Assembly: GCA_963795525.1 (NCBI GenBank)
Contig: CAWCIA010000004.1
Span: 108,989 to 172,988 of the forward strand
Source of the DNA: an uncultured Solirubrobacterales bacterium
GTDB lineage: Bacteria > Actinomycetota > Thermoleophilia > Solirubrobacterales > Solirubrobacteraceae
Length of the DNA: 64,000 nucleotides
Direction: 5' to 3'
Part shown: piece after piece, positions 1 to 9,726 of the stretch
Layout of the letters: each line of letters begins with the position of its first letter
How positions within the stretch are numbered: the first letter of the stretch is position 1
Position numbers and translations under genes: made by a program
Notes under the pieces: model-generated
What the model was told of the DNA's origin: nothing
The model's database searches: none
The model's input: only the letters and a program-made list of their open reading frames with translations

Positions 1-6
1 CGGCTC

Positions 7-35
7 GCGCCGCCGCCACGGAACGGCGGCGGCGC
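7..35 (+). terminator. GC-rich hairpin, probably the terminator of a gene ending upstream of the window
   Basis: Perfect 11-bp stem GCGCCGCCGCC / GGCGGCGGCGC with 7-nt loop ACGGAAC. No U-tract, which is common in high-GC actinobacteria. Confidence 0.35.
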
Positions 36-172
36 GCGCATTGCCACCGTCACCGCCACGGGCGCCGACGCCGCGGGCACGCCGCCACCGGAGCCTCGGC
101 GCAGATTCAGGTTTGGTTCGCCGGCGCGTGGGCACCCTGTGCGAGGGACCGGGCCGTTCAGGGAGGTAAACG

Positions 173-3007
173 ATGGCTTGTGTCCGTGATGCTCAGCAAT
201 CTCCGCGACGGAGGACGAAGTGGCGCGCGGGAGTCGTCCTCGCAGCTCTGCTTGCGGTTGCGGCCGTCGCGGCGCCCGGCGCCGCCTCGGGCGCGCGGCG
301 CCCAGCCCGGGCAGCACCCGTGGCGCGCAAGGCGGCGAGCTGCCCATGGGCGAGCTCGACACAGCCGATCGCCCGGCGCGTGGCCGATCTCATGAGCCAC
401 ATGACGCTAGCGGACGAGATCTTCCTCGTGGAGGGCCACGGCACCTCGAACGCCTACGTGTTCGACATGCCGGGCATCCCGAGCCTGTGCATCCCCCAGC
501 TCGGTGAGGAGGACGGGCCGGCGGGCGTGGCCGACCAGCAGACCGGCGTGACCCAGCTGCCGGCCGGGGTGGCCCTCGCCGCCACGTTTGATCCGGCGCT
601 GGCCCGCCAGTACGGCAAGGTGATCGGGGCCGAGGAGTGGGGCAAGGGCGCGAGCGTCAATCTCGGTCCGACAGTCAACATCGATCGGGATCCTCGCTGG
701 GGTCGCTCGTTCGAGGCCTACACGGAGGATCCCTTCCTCAACGCCTCGATCGGCGTGGGGACGATCGACGGCGTCCAGAGCCAGGGCGTCATGTCGCAGG
801 TCAAGCACTTCGATGCCTACAACCAGGAGACGAACCGCAACACGCCGCAGGACGACGTGATCGTCAGCCCGCGCACGCTGCACGAGATCTACATGCCGGC
901 GTTCGAGGCGGCGATCAAGCAGGCCAAATCGGCTTCGGTGATGTGCGCGTACTCCACCGTGAACGGCAAGTACAGCTGCCAGAACAACTACCTCCTGACC
1001 GACACCCTCAAGCAGGAGTGGGGCTTCCCGGGGTTCGTGACCTCGGATTACGGCGCCATCCACGACATCTCGGCCGCCACGGCCGGGGACGACCAGGAGC
1101 AGCCGGAGAACACGTACTTCGGCGCGCCGCTCCAGGCCGCGGTGACCAGCGGCGCGATCCCGCGCGCCGTGCTGAACACGATGGTGCAGCGGATGCTCAC
1201 CGAGATGTTCCGCTTCAACCTCATCGCCCACCCGCCGACAGGTACGACGGCGGCGACCGTGACCACTCCCGGGCACGTGGCCGTGGCCAACCGGGTGGCG
1301 GACGCGGGCACGGTCCTCCTGCAGAACACAGGTAAGACGCTGCCGCTCTCGCGGGCGCATGCCGGCTCGGTGGCGGTGATCGGCCCGTCGGCGTCCATCT
1401 CTCCGAGCTACGGCGGCGGGGGCAGCGCCTACGTCATCCCCTCGGCGCCCGTCACCCCGCTGCAGGGCCTGCAGGCGGCAGCCGGCTCCGGGACGACGAT
1501 CACCTACTCCCAGGGTCTCCCGACGGATGGGTCCCTGTCGGCGATCCCGGCCTCCGCGCTCACCCCGGCGTACGCGACCACGCCGTTCGGCGGCACGTAC
1601 ACGGGAACCCTGACCGCGCCGGAGACCGGGACCTACATCCTGGCCCTGTCGAATCCCTGCGGGTGCTACACGTCGACGTACCTGTATCTGAACGGCAGGG
1701 AGCTGCTCGACGACCCGGGCACGCCCCCGGTGAGCACCTACTCCGCGGCCATCGACCTGACCGCGGGACAGACGTACGCGATCAAGATCACCGGCGCCTC
1801 GAGCAACTTCAGCTGGGGCACGCCGTCGGCCCTCGCGCCGGGGCTTACCGCGGCCGCGAACGCCGCCAGGTCGGCCAAGACCGCCGTGGTCGTCGTCTCC
1901 GACGACGTCGAGTCGGAGGCCACGGACCGGCCGAGCCTCGACCTGCCCTCAGCCCAGAACGAGCTGATCTCGACCGTGGCGGCGGCCAATCCGCACACCG
2001 TGGTCGTCGTCGACGCCGGCGCGCCGGTGTCGATGCCGTGGCTGCATCAGGTCGCCGCGGTGCTCGACGCCTGGTATCCGGGACAGACGAATGGAACCTC
2101 GCTGGCCGACGTTCTGTTCGGAAAGGTCGATCCGAGCGGCCACCTGCCGGTGACCTTCCCCGCCAGTCTCGGCCAGGTGCCGGCGTCCTCCCCGGCCCAG
2201 TTCCCGGGTGAGGCGAACGGCCACGTCCTCTACAGCGAGGGGCTCGACGTCGGCTACCGGTGGTACGACGCGCGGGGGCTCCAGCCGCTGTTCCCCTTCG
2301 GGTTCGGCCTCTCCTACACCCAGTTCCGCTTCCGCGGGCTCCGTGTGAGCCAGAGCTCGACGGACGGGCTCCGGAACATCCGAGTGAGCGCCACGATCAC
2401 CAACGTGGGGGATCGCGCGGGTGCCGAGGTTGCCCAGCTCTACCTGGGTGACCCCGCCTCGGCCTCGGAGCCGCCGCGCCAGCTCGTCGGCTTCGATCGC
2501 GTCTCGCTCGCGCCCGGCCAGTCCGCGCGCGTGCACTTCACCATCACGCCGCGCGACACGTGGTGGTGGGATCAGACCGCCGGCGGCTGGACGCAGAGCA
2601 CGGGGACCTACCACGTCTACGTGGGCGACTCCTCCGCGCTGGGCGATCTCCCGCTGCGGGGCGCGTTCGTCATCGATCGCACGGCGGGCGGCCGACAGGT
2701 CGTCGTTCAGGCGCCGAGCACCGTCCACGCCGGCCAGGCATCGACGGTGAGGGTCCGCCTGACGGCCGCGGGCAGCGCCACGCTGAACGGCGTGGCCTTC
2801 TCAATCCAGACGCCGCAGGGCTGGAGCGTGACGCCCGTCGGCCCGACCGTGTTCAATGCCGTGGGTCCCGGAGCAGCCCCGGTCGCCACCTTCAGGGTGC
2901 GACCGCCGAGCTGGGCGCCGGAGACCAACTCCGTCATACACGCAACGGTCGCCCTGAGCCCCGCCGCGTACCGCGAGGCGGGCGTCACCGTCGCCCTGAA
3001 GCACTGA
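173..3007 (+). CDS. Secreted glycoside hydrolase family 3 beta-glucosidase with an inserted PA14-like domain and a C-terminal NEW3-like domain
   Basis: 944-aa ORF with GGGAGG RBS about 10 nt upstream. N-terminal signal-like segment (VVLAALLAVAAVAAPGAASG). GH3 motifs: KHFDAYNQE, GFVTSDYGAI (SDY nucleophile region), LPVTFP. PA14-like insert GTYTGTLTAPETGTYILAL...YLYLNG. C-terminal PQGWSV segment. Confidence 0.9.
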   Translation: MACVRDAQQSPRRRTKWRAGVVLAALLAVAAVAAPGAASGARRPARAAPVARKAASCPWASSTQPIARRVADLMSHMTLADEIFLVEGHGTSNAYVFDMPGIPSLCIPQLGEEDGPAGVADQQTGVTQLPAGVALAATFDPALARQYGKVIGAEEWGKGASVNLGPTVNIDRDPRWGRSFEAYTEDPFLNASIGVGTIDGVQSQGVMSQVKHFDAYNQETNRNTPQDDVIVSPRTLHEIYMPAFEAAIKQAKSASVMCAYSTVNGKYSCQNNYLLTDTLKQEWGFPGFVTSDYGAIHDISAATAGDDQEQPENTYFGAPLQAAVTSGAIPRAVLNTMVQRMLTEMFRFNLIAHPPTGTTAATVTTPGHVAVANRVADAGTVLLQNTGKTLPLSRAHAGSVAVIGPSASISPSYGGGGSAYVIPSAPVTPLQGLQAAAGSGTTITYSQGLPTDGSLSAIPASALTPAYATTPFGGTYTGTLTAPETGTYILALSNPCGCYTSTYLYLNGRELLDDPGTPPVSTYSAAIDLTAGQTYAIKITGASSNFSWGTPSALAPGLTAAANAARSAKTAVVVVSDDVESEATDRPSLDLPSAQNELISTVAAANPHTVVVVDAGAPVSMPWLHQVAAVLDAWYPGQTNGTSLADVLFGKVDPSGHLPVTFPASLGQVPASSPAQFPGEANGHVLYSEGLDVGYRWYDARGLQPLFPFGFGLSYTQFRFRGLRVSQSSTDGLRNIRVSATITNVGDRAGAEVAQLYLGDPASASEPPRQLVGFDRVSLAPGQSARVHFTITPRDTWWWDQTAGGWTQSTGTYHVYVGDSSALGDLPLRGAFVIDRTAGGRQVVVQAPSTVHAGQASTVRVRLTAAGSATLNGVAFSIQTPQGWSVTPVGPTVFNAVGPGAAPVATFRVRPPSWAPETNSVIHATVALSPAAYREAGVTVALKH

Positions 3008-3060
3008 ACGGCGGCGAACCGCCGCGGCCCGGAGGACGGCCGGGCCGCGGCACCGCCGTT
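3007..3060 (+). terminator. Long GC hairpin after the GH3 gene
   Basis: Outer pairing AACGGCGG (3007-3014) / CCGCCGTT (3053-3060). Inner 9-bp stem GCGGCCCGG (3023-3031) / CCGGGCCGC (3040-3048). Starts at the stop codon. Confidence 0.4.
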
Positions 3061-3103
3061 CGAGGACGGGCGGGCCTCCCACTGAGGCTCGCGCGGCCGT
3101 AAG

Positions 3104-3661
3104 ATGGCGGCCGTGCCCGACCGCCTGTACTTCACGGAGTCGGACGCGGCGAACGAGCTGATCGCCTCGGATCCGATGGCGCTGCTCATCGGGTTCACGC
3201 TCGACCAGCAGGTCACCGTGCAGAAGGCGTTCTCGGGCCCCCTCGTCATCAAGGAGCGCGTCGGCTCGCTGCAACCCGACGCATTGGCTGGGGCCGACCT
3301 CGATGCGGTCTTCCGCGAGAAGCCGGCCGTCCACCGCTTCCCGGGGTCGATGGCCACGCGGGTGCATGATCTCGCCCAGCACATCGCCGCCGAGTACGAC
3401 GGACACGCCGAGCGGGTGTGGACGGATGCCGCGGATACCGACCAGCTGCGGGCCAACCTCTCCGCACTCCCGGGCTTCGGCGAGATGAAGATCAAGGCGC
3501 TCGGATCGGTGCTCGCCAAACGCTTTGGCGTGGGCGCCGCCGAGGGGCTCATCCCCTGGCACCCCACGCTGGGCGACGTCGACTCCCCGCATGCGCTGGC
3601 CGCGTATCAGGCGGCCAAGAAGGCCCACAAGGCCGAGTGGACACGCGCCCGGAGCAGGTGA
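3104..3661 (+). CDS. HhH-GPD-type base excision DNA repair protein (small actinobacterial family)
   Basis: 185 aa. LIGFTLDQQVTVQKAF, KPAVHRFPGSMATRVHDLAQHI and LPGFGEMKIKAL match my memory of the roughly 190-aa HhH-GPD-type family. Confidence 0.8.
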   Translation: MAAVPDRLYFTESDAANELIASDPMALLIGFTLDQQVTVQKAFSGPLVIKERVGSLQPDALAGADLDAVFREKPAVHRFPGSMATRVHDLAQHIAAEYDGHAERVWTDAADTDQLRANLSALPGFGEMKIKALGSVLAKRFGVGAAEGLIPWHPTLGDVDSPHALAAYQAAKKAHKAEWTRARSR

Positions 3662-3671
3662 CAGAACCGCG

Positions 3672-3697
3672 CCGAGTGTCACAACTCTGACACTCGG
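3672..3697 (+). terminator. Perfect 10-bp stem hairpin (terminator or operator palindrome)
   Basis: CCGAGTGTCA-CAACTC-TGACACTCGG, lying between the HhH-GPD stop and the EAL gene start. Confidence 0.4.
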
Positions 3698-3747
3698 GGC
3701 CATCACAGTTTGACCTGGGCCTCCCCGGCGCCGATCTAGTTCCAGTT

Positions 3748-4986
3748 ATGCCCGCCGTCGGCGAACCGATCGCAGAGGTGCTGGTTGGTCGGCAACCGAT
3801 CTTCGATCGCCGCGATCTCGTCGTCGGCTACGAGCTGCTCTTCCGCTCGAGCTCCGAAAACCTGGCCGGAGTTCAGGACGCCGACCAGGCCACGGCCAGC
3901 GTGGTCATGGGCTCGCTCACCGAGATCGGCCTCGAGCGGCTTGTCGGCATGCACGCGGCCTGGATCAACGTCACGCGGGGGTTCATCCTCGAGGGGTTCG
4001 CCGAGGCGATGCCCGGGCATCTGACCGTATTGGAGATCCTCGAAGGTCAGCTCATCGACGACGAGCTCCTCGAGGCCGTGCGCCACCTCAAGCGTCAGGG
4101 GTATCGGATCGCGCTGGACGATTTCACCTACACCCCCGAGGCCGATCCGCTCCTCTCGATCGTCGACATCGTCAAGCTCGACCTCCGCAGCCTCGGGCGC
4201 GAGGGACTCTCGAGTCACGTGGAGGCGCTCCGGCGCTTCGGAGTGACGCTCCTGGCCGAGAAAGTCGAGACCCGCGAAGAGCACGCGTTCTGCCTCGAGG
4301 CCGGGTGCGATCTCTTCCAGGGCTATTTCTTCTGTCGGCCCGAGATCATGCGCGACCGGCAGATCGCCGCCGGCCGGCTGCCCCTGTTGCAGTTCATCTC
4401 CACCCTGCAGGACCCGGCCGTCGAATTCACCGAGCTCGAGCAGCACATCACCCACGACCTCGTGCTCACCTACCGGCTGCTGCGCTACGTCAATTCGGCC
4501 TTCTTCAGCCTCCGGCGCGAGGTCAGCTCGATCACCCAGGCCCTCGTGCTCCTCGGGATCGAGAACCTGAGGCGATGGGCGACGCTGAGCCTGTTCGCGA
4601 GCATCGACGGCAAGCCACAGGAGCTCACCGTCATCGCGCTCGTGCGGGCGCACTTCTGCGAGCGGGCCGGCGCGGGGCTGGCCAACTCCACCCCGGGGGA
4701 GCTCTTCACCCTCGGCCTTTTCTCGGTCATCGACGCCCTCCTCGACTCCCCGATCGAGGAGGTCGTCCGCGCGACGCCGTTCCCCGCGGACATGTGCGAG
4801 GCCCTCATCGAGCAGCGGGGCGAGAAGGGCCGCCTGCTCGAATGCCTCGTCGACCTCGAGGCGGGACGGCTCGAGGACGCGCGAGCCCTCGTCGAAGGCG
4901 CCGCCGAGCTGTATCTCGAGGCGATCATCTGGGCCGGCGAGGCAGCCGGTCCTCTGTTCGATCAGCCTGCTCCCGCCGCCGCCTGA
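3748..4986 (+). CDS. EAL domain plus HDOD domain protein (c-di-GMP phosphodiesterase-like signalling protein)
   Basis: 412 aa. EAL-domain motifs in order: RQPIF, YELLFR, LEILE, ALDDF, VKLD, AEKVET, QGYFF. The C-terminal half is HDOD-like (LLRYVNSAFF...LGIENLRRWA). Confidence 0.85.
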   Translation: MPAVGEPIAEVLVGRQPIFDRRDLVVGYELLFRSSSENLAGVQDADQATASVVMGSLTEIGLERLVGMHAAWINVTRGFILEGFAEAMPGHLTVLEILEGQLIDDELLEAVRHLKRQGYRIALDDFTYTPEADPLLSIVDIVKLDLRSLGREGLSSHVEALRRFGVTLLAEKVETREEHAFCLEAGCDLFQGYFFCRPEIMRDRQIAAGRLPLLQFISTLQDPAVEFTELEQHITHDLVLTYRLLRYVNSAFFSLRREVSSITQALVLLGIENLRRWATLSLFASIDGKPQELTVIALVRAHFCERAGAGLANSTPGELFTLGLFSVIDALLDSPIEEVVRATPFPADMCEALIEQRGEKGRLLECLVDLEAGRLEDARALVEGAAELYLEAIIWAGEAAGPLFDQPAPAAA

Positions 4987-5026
4987 ATCCGGGACGGCCC
5001 GACGGCGATCGACTACCGTTCGCGTC

Positions 5027-5566
5027 GTGGCGCGAGCGCTGTTGCTCATCGACATCCAGCGGGACTACTTCCCCGGCGGCGCGCGCCCGCTCGTGGGCAG
5101 CGACGCCGCCGCGGACGCGGCGGCCACCGTCCTGGGCGACTTCCGCGCCGCCGGCGAGCGGATCCTGCATGTCCAGCACGTGTGGGACGAGCCCGACGCC
5201 GCCTTCTTCCGCCCCGGCACCCCGGGGGTCGAGCACGACCCGCGGGTGGCCCCGGAGGCCGGCGAGCCGATCATCGTCAAGGAGATGCCGAACGCATTCC
5301 TCGGCACGGATCTCGAGCAGCGTCTGCGCGCGGCGGACATCGACGATCTCGTGGTGGCGGGGATGATGACCTCGATGTGCGTCGACGCGACCGTCCGCGC
5401 GGCGGCCGACCTCGGGTTCCCGGTGACCGTGGTCGGTGACGCCTGCGCCGCCCCGAGCCTCCGCCATGGCGAGGTGTCGGTCGCCGGGGAACACGTGCAC
5501 GCTGCCTTTCTCGCTGCGCTGGCCGACGGCTACGCCGCCGTCCTCGGGGCCGGCGAGCTCACCTGA
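5027..5566 (+). CDS. Isochorismatase-family cysteine hydrolase
   Basis: 179 aa with GTG start. ALLLIDIQRDYFPGG N-terminus and catalytic-Cys region GMMTSMCVDATVR. Confidence 0.85.
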   Translation: MARALLLIDIQRDYFPGGARPLVGSDAAADAAATVLGDFRAAGERILHVQHVWDEPDAAFFRPGTPGVEHDPRVAPEAGEPIIVKEMPNAFLGTDLEQRLRAADIDDLVVAGMMTSMCVDATVRAAADLGFPVTVVGDACAAPSLRHGEVSVAGEHVHAAFLAALADGYAAVLGAGELT

Positions 5567-5671
5567 GCTCACCGCGGCACTGGCCAAATCGTCTCCACCC
5601 GGGTCTCCGGCGGCGTACGCTATGTGTATACGTCAGAAACCCCATCGCAATTAGGCCAAAAGGAGAGACAC

Positions 5672-6334
5672 ATGGCCCTGCAGCTTGGAGATACGGCCCC
5701 GGACTTCGAGGCCGAGACCACAGAGGGACGGATCCACTTCCACGATTGGCTCGGAGACTCGTGGGCCGTGCTCTTCTCCCACCCGAAGGACTTCACGCCG
5801 GTATGCACGACCGAGCTGGGCTACATGGCGCGAATCAAGCCGGAGTTCGACCGCCGGGGCGTCAAGATCATCGGGCTCTCCGTGGACCCGACGGACCGCC
5901 ACTCTGACTGGGTCAAGGACATCGAAGAAACCCAGGGCACCGCGGTGAACTACCCGATCATCGCCGACAGCGATTTCACCGTGGCCAAGCTCTACGGGAT
6001 GCTTCCGCAAGACACCTCGGGCGATGCGGCATCCCGGACCCCGGCGGACAATCAGACCGTGCGCAACGTGTTCGTCATCGGGCCCGACAAGAAGATCAAG
6101 CTGATCCTCATCTACCCGATGACCACGGGCCGCAACTTCGACGAGGTGCTGCGGGTCGTCGATTCGCTGCAGCTCACCGCGAACCACAAGGTGTCCACGC
6201 CGGCCCAGTGGCAGAGCGGCGAGGACGTGATCATCTCCGGCTCGGTATCGGACGACCAGGCCAAGGAGATCTTCGGCGAGTGGGAATCGCCGAAGCCCTA
6301 CATCCGCATCGTCCCCCAGCCGACCGCTCGCTGA
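5672..6334 (+). CDS. 1-Cys peroxiredoxin (Prx6-type)
   Basis: Start moved to the ATG at 5672, preceded by AGGAGA. LGDTAPDFEAETTEG..., peroxidatic motif DFTPVCTTE, 220 aa. Confidence 0.9.
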   Translation: MALQLGDTAPDFEAETTEGRIHFHDWLGDSWAVLFSHPKDFTPVCTTELGYMARIKPEFDRRGVKIIGLSVDPTDRHSDWVKDIEETQGTAVNYPIIADSDFTVAKLYGMLPQDTSGDAASRTPADNQTVRNVFVIGPDKKIKLILIYPMTTGRNFDEVLRVVDSLQLTANHKVSTPAQWQSGEDVIISGSVSDDQAKEIFGEWESPKPYIRIVPQPTAR

Positions 6335-6412
6335 TCGGACTCGGCGCCGAGTCCGTCCGGCTCTCGCCGGCCGGGCTCGGTAGCTCGAGGCGTCGGGTAC
6401 GCTCCCGCGCGC

Positions 6413-7282
6413 ATGGCCGATCGGGTGCGCAGAATGGCGCGGGCGCTTCCCAGCCCGTTCGATCGCGCGCTCGAGCGCTCGCATGCCCGTTACCTCGGCG
6501 CCCGGCTGCGCCGGGGCGCCGCGCGTCATGGCGAGATCACGGCGCGGGACGCCGGCGGCCGGCCGATCCCGCCGCCTCGGCTCGTGCGCCTCGTGGCCCT
6601 CGACAACGACGTCGAGAAGTGGCTGCAGACGGGTTTCGTCGACGCTCGGCTCATTCGGCGCCTGCTCGAGGAGAACGGCGTGGCCATGGGCGAGCTCGGC
6701 GCGATCCTCGACTTCGGCTGCGGATGCGGCCGGGTGGCGCGCTGGTGGGACGAGCTGTCCGGTCCGAAGGTGTTCGGGTGCGACTACGACGGTGCGCTCA
6801 CGGAATGGTGCCGGCGCAACCTCCCCTTCCTGACCGTCAAGACGAACGCCTCGTTCCCGCCGCTGCCCTTCCGCCGCGAGTCGTTCGACTTCATCTATGC
6901 GATCTCACTCTTCACCCACCTCGACGCCGAGGCCCAGGACGGCTGGATGGCCGATGTCCGCCGCGTGCTCAAGCCCGGAGGCCTCGTGCTCTTCACCGTG
7001 CATGGCGAGCGGTTCCTCGGGCATCTCGGCGACGATGACCGGGCGCGCTTCGCCCGCGGGGAGCGCATCGTGCTCGACCCGGGGCGGAGCGGGCAGGAGG
7101 GGTGTGCCGCCTTCCATCCCCCGGCCTACGTGCGCGACCACCTGCTTCCGCGGCACGGGCTCGAGCTCGTGGTGCTCGTCGACGAGGACCGCGACGAGCG
7201 GCATCTCGGCTCGCCGCTCGGCCTCCAGGACAATTATCTCGCGCGCAAACCCGTGCGCGACTCGACCGCCGCCGGCCCGTAG
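6413..7282 (+). CDS. Class I SAM-dependent methyltransferase
   Basis: 289 aa. Motif I ILDFGCGCGR, downstream FDFIYAISLFTHL and LKPGGLVLFTVHG. Confidence 0.75.
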   Translation: MADRVRRMARALPSPFDRALERSHARYLGARLRRGAARHGEITARDAGGRPIPPPRLVRLVALDNDVEKWLQTGFVDARLIRRLLEENGVAMGELGAILDFGCGCGRVARWWDELSGPKVFGCDYDGALTEWCRRNLPFLTVKTNASFPPLPFRRESFDFIYAISLFTHLDAEAQDGWMADVRRVLKPGGLVLFTVHGERFLGHLGDDDRARFARGERIVLDPGRSGQEGCAAFHPPAYVRDHLLPRHGLELVVLVDEDRDERHLGSPLGLQDNYLARKPVRDSTAAGP

Positions 7283-7297
7283 CCGACCCCTCCGGCC

Positions 7298-7684
7298 GTG
7301 ACCGTCATCCATCACGAGCTGTGCTTTGGCTGTGGCCGGACGAACCTGTTTGGCCTGCTCATCGAGTGCGAGCGCACGGTGCAGGGAACAGTCGAAGGTC
7401 GCTGGTTCATCAAGCAGGACCACCAGGGGCCCGAGCCGGGCACGATCCATCCCGGTCTGCTCGCGTGCGCGCTCGTCGAGATGGCGATGCTCGCCGCCGG
7501 CGAGGACGCGGTGCTGACCGGAGTGGCGATGACGTTCGCGCGCGACCGGCCCTCTGCCGTCGGCTCATTCTGCGACCTTCTCGCCTCGGCCGTCACCCAG
7601 GGCACCGAGCGGACCGGCGTCAGCGCGACGGCCTCCCTGGGCGGAAACGTCCTCGCCCGCCTGCGCGCCGACGTGCACCCCTGA
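7298..7684 (+). CDS. Hotdog-fold (PaaI-like) thioesterase-family protein
   Basis: 128 aa with GTG start. N-terminal HHELCFGCGRTNLFGL resembles the CF(V/G)CG..N..GL motif of PaaI/4HBT-type proteins. Confidence 0.5.
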   Translation: MTVIHHELCFGCGRTNLFGLLIECERTVQGTVEGRWFIKQDHQGPEPGTIHPGLLACALVEMAMLAAGEDAVLTGVAMTFARDRPSAVGSFCDLLASAVTQGTERTGVSATASLGGNVLARLRADVHP

Positions 7685-7727
7685 TTTGGACGCCCCGTTC
7701 CCGGGGATGAATCGAGGTAGAGCGGTC

Positions 7728-9683
7728 GTGGCCGAGAACCTGACACGTCAGATCCTCCGGGAGCACCTCGCCGAGGGCGAGCTGAAGGCGGGCTCGGCCA
7801 TCTCCCTGCACTTCGACCAGGCCCTGCTCCAGGACGCAACGGGGACGATGGCCCTCATGCAGTTCGAGGAGCTCGGGGTTCTTCGCGTCAAGCCGCACCG
7901 CGCCGTGCAGTACGTCGACCACAACGTCGTCCAGCTCGACTACAAGAACCCGGACGACCATCGCATGCTCCAGGCGCTGGCCCGCAAGCATGGCCTGCAC
8001 TTCTCGCGCCCGGGGAACGGCATCAGTCATTACATCCACATGGAGCGCTTCGGCAAGCCGGGCGAGATGCTCATCGGGGCCGATTCGCACACCACGCAGG
8101 CAGGCTGCCTCGGCATGATCGGGATCGGCGCGGGCGGCCTCGACGTCGCCGTCGTGCTCGGCGGCTACCCGTTCGAGATCGCCTGCCCCGAGGTGCTCGA
8201 GGTCCATCTGTCCGGCCGGCTGCAGCGCCCGTGGGTCCAGGCCAAGGACATCATCCTGGAGCTCTTGCGCCGGCTCAGCGCGAGCGGCGGGAAGAACAAG
8301 ATCCTCGAGTTCACCGGGCCCGGCACATCCGATCTCAGCGTCCCCGAGCGGGCGACGATCGCCAACATGGTCGCCGACCTCGGAGGCACGGCCGGGGTCT
8401 TTCCCCCCGACGGCCGCACCCGTGAGTGGCTCGAGCACCAGGAGCGTTCCGATGACTTCGTCGAGCTGACTCCCGACGACGGGGCGGAGTACGACGAGCG
8501 CCTCGAGATCGACCTCGACGTGCTCGGCCCGCTCGTGGCCAAGCCGCATAACCCGGACAACGTCGTCCCGATCGAGGAGGTCGCGGGCACCGAGATCGCG
8601 CAGGTGTGCATCGGCTCATCGGTCAACTCCGGCTATGGCGACCTCGCGCTGCCGGGCGCGATCCTGGCCGACCGTGACGGGCAGCTCGTGCACCCCTCGC
8701 TTTCCGCCACGGCGACCCCCGGATCGCGGCAGATCCTCATGGCCATCGCCGAGTCGGGCGTCTACCGGCAGCTGGCTGCGGGCGGCGTGCGCATGCTCGA
8801 GCCCGTCTGCGGCCCCTGTGTCGGCATGGGCCAGGCCCCCCCATCGGAGGCGAACTCGCTGCGCACCTTCAACCGGAACTTCCCGGGTCGGTCGGGCACG
8901 CCCAAGGATTCTGTCTTCCTGTGCTCGCCGGCCGTCGCAGCCGTGTCGCTGCTGAGCGCCACGATCAGCGACCCCCGCGAGTACGGCGATGCGCCTGAGC
9001 TCCTGCCCATGCCCGAGCTGCGACCCTACGTCGAGGACGTCCACATCTTCGCCCCCGCGGACGAGAAAGACGCCGAGAAGATCGACATCCCCCGCGGGCC
9101 CAACATCAAGCGCCCGCCCAAGCACGAGCCGCTCGGGTCCGCGCTCGAGGCGCGCGTGGCGACCGTCCAACCCGACGACATCTCGACCGGCGACCTCGCG
9201 CCCGACGGTGTCGAGGTCATGGCCTACCGCTCGAACGTCCCGGCGATCGCCGAATTCACCCTTCGCCACCGGGACCCCGACTTCCGCAAGCGGCTCAAGG
9301 AGTGGGGCAGCGGGCTGATCGTGGCCGGCCACAACTACGGCCAGGGCTCCTCACGCGAGCACGCGGCGCTCGCGCCGCTCCACCTCGGGGTCAAGGCGGT
9401 CATCGCCAAGTCGTTCGCCCGCATCCACCGCCGCAACCTCGTCGCCCAGGGCATCGTCGCCCTGACCTTCGCCGAGGAGGATGACTATGACCGCGCCGAG
9501 GTCGGCCAGACGTGGGAGTTCACGCAGCTCGAGGAGGAACTGTCCGCGGACGCGGGCACGGTCAGCGCGCGCATCAAAGACACCGGAACCGAGCTCACGC
9601 TCGCGCACGATTTCAGCCCGACCGAGCGCCAGATCCTCCTCTCTGGCGGGCTGCTCGCCTACCTGCGCAATCGGTCGGACTGA
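7728..9683 (+). CDS. Aconitase-family hydro-lyase, about 650 aa, with fused catalytic and swivel domains (bacterial short aconitase-like subfamily)
   Basis: GADSHT, CGPCVGMG, swivel-domain GHNYGQGSSREHAA. The start is uncertain: GTG 7728 follows GAGG; alternatives are ATG 7707 and TTG 7686. Confidence 0.85.
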   Translation: MAENLTRQILREHLAEGELKAGSAISLHFDQALLQDATGTMALMQFEELGVLRVKPHRAVQYVDHNVVQLDYKNPDDHRMLQALARKHGLHFSRPGNGISHYIHMERFGKPGEMLIGADSHTTQAGCLGMIGIGAGGLDVAVVLGGYPFEIACPEVLEVHLSGRLQRPWVQAKDIILELLRRLSASGGKNKILEFTGPGTSDLSVPERATIANMVADLGGTAGVFPPDGRTREWLEHQERSDDFVELTPDDGAEYDERLEIDLDVLGPLVAKPHNPDNVVPIEEVAGTEIAQVCIGSSVNSGYGDLALPGAILADRDGQLVHPSLSATATPGSRQILMAIAESGVYRQLAAGGVRMLEPVCGPCVGMGQAPPSEANSLRTFNRNFPGRSGTPKDSVFLCSPAVAAVSLLSATISDPREYGDAPELLPMPELRPYVEDVHIFAPADEKDAEKIDIPRGPNIKRPPKHEPLGSALEARVATVQPDDISTGDLAPDGVEVMAYRSNVPAIAEFTLRHRDPDFRKRLKEWGSGLIVAGHNYGQGSSREHAALAPLHLGVKAVIAKSFARIHRRNLVAQGIVALTFAEEDDYDRAEVGQTWEFTQLEEELSADAGTVSARIKDTGTELTLAHDFSPTERQILLSGGLLAYLRNRSD

Positions 9684-9726
9684 TCGGCCTGGATCGCGCT
9701 GCGGTCCGCGTGGCCTGCCCGCGGGG

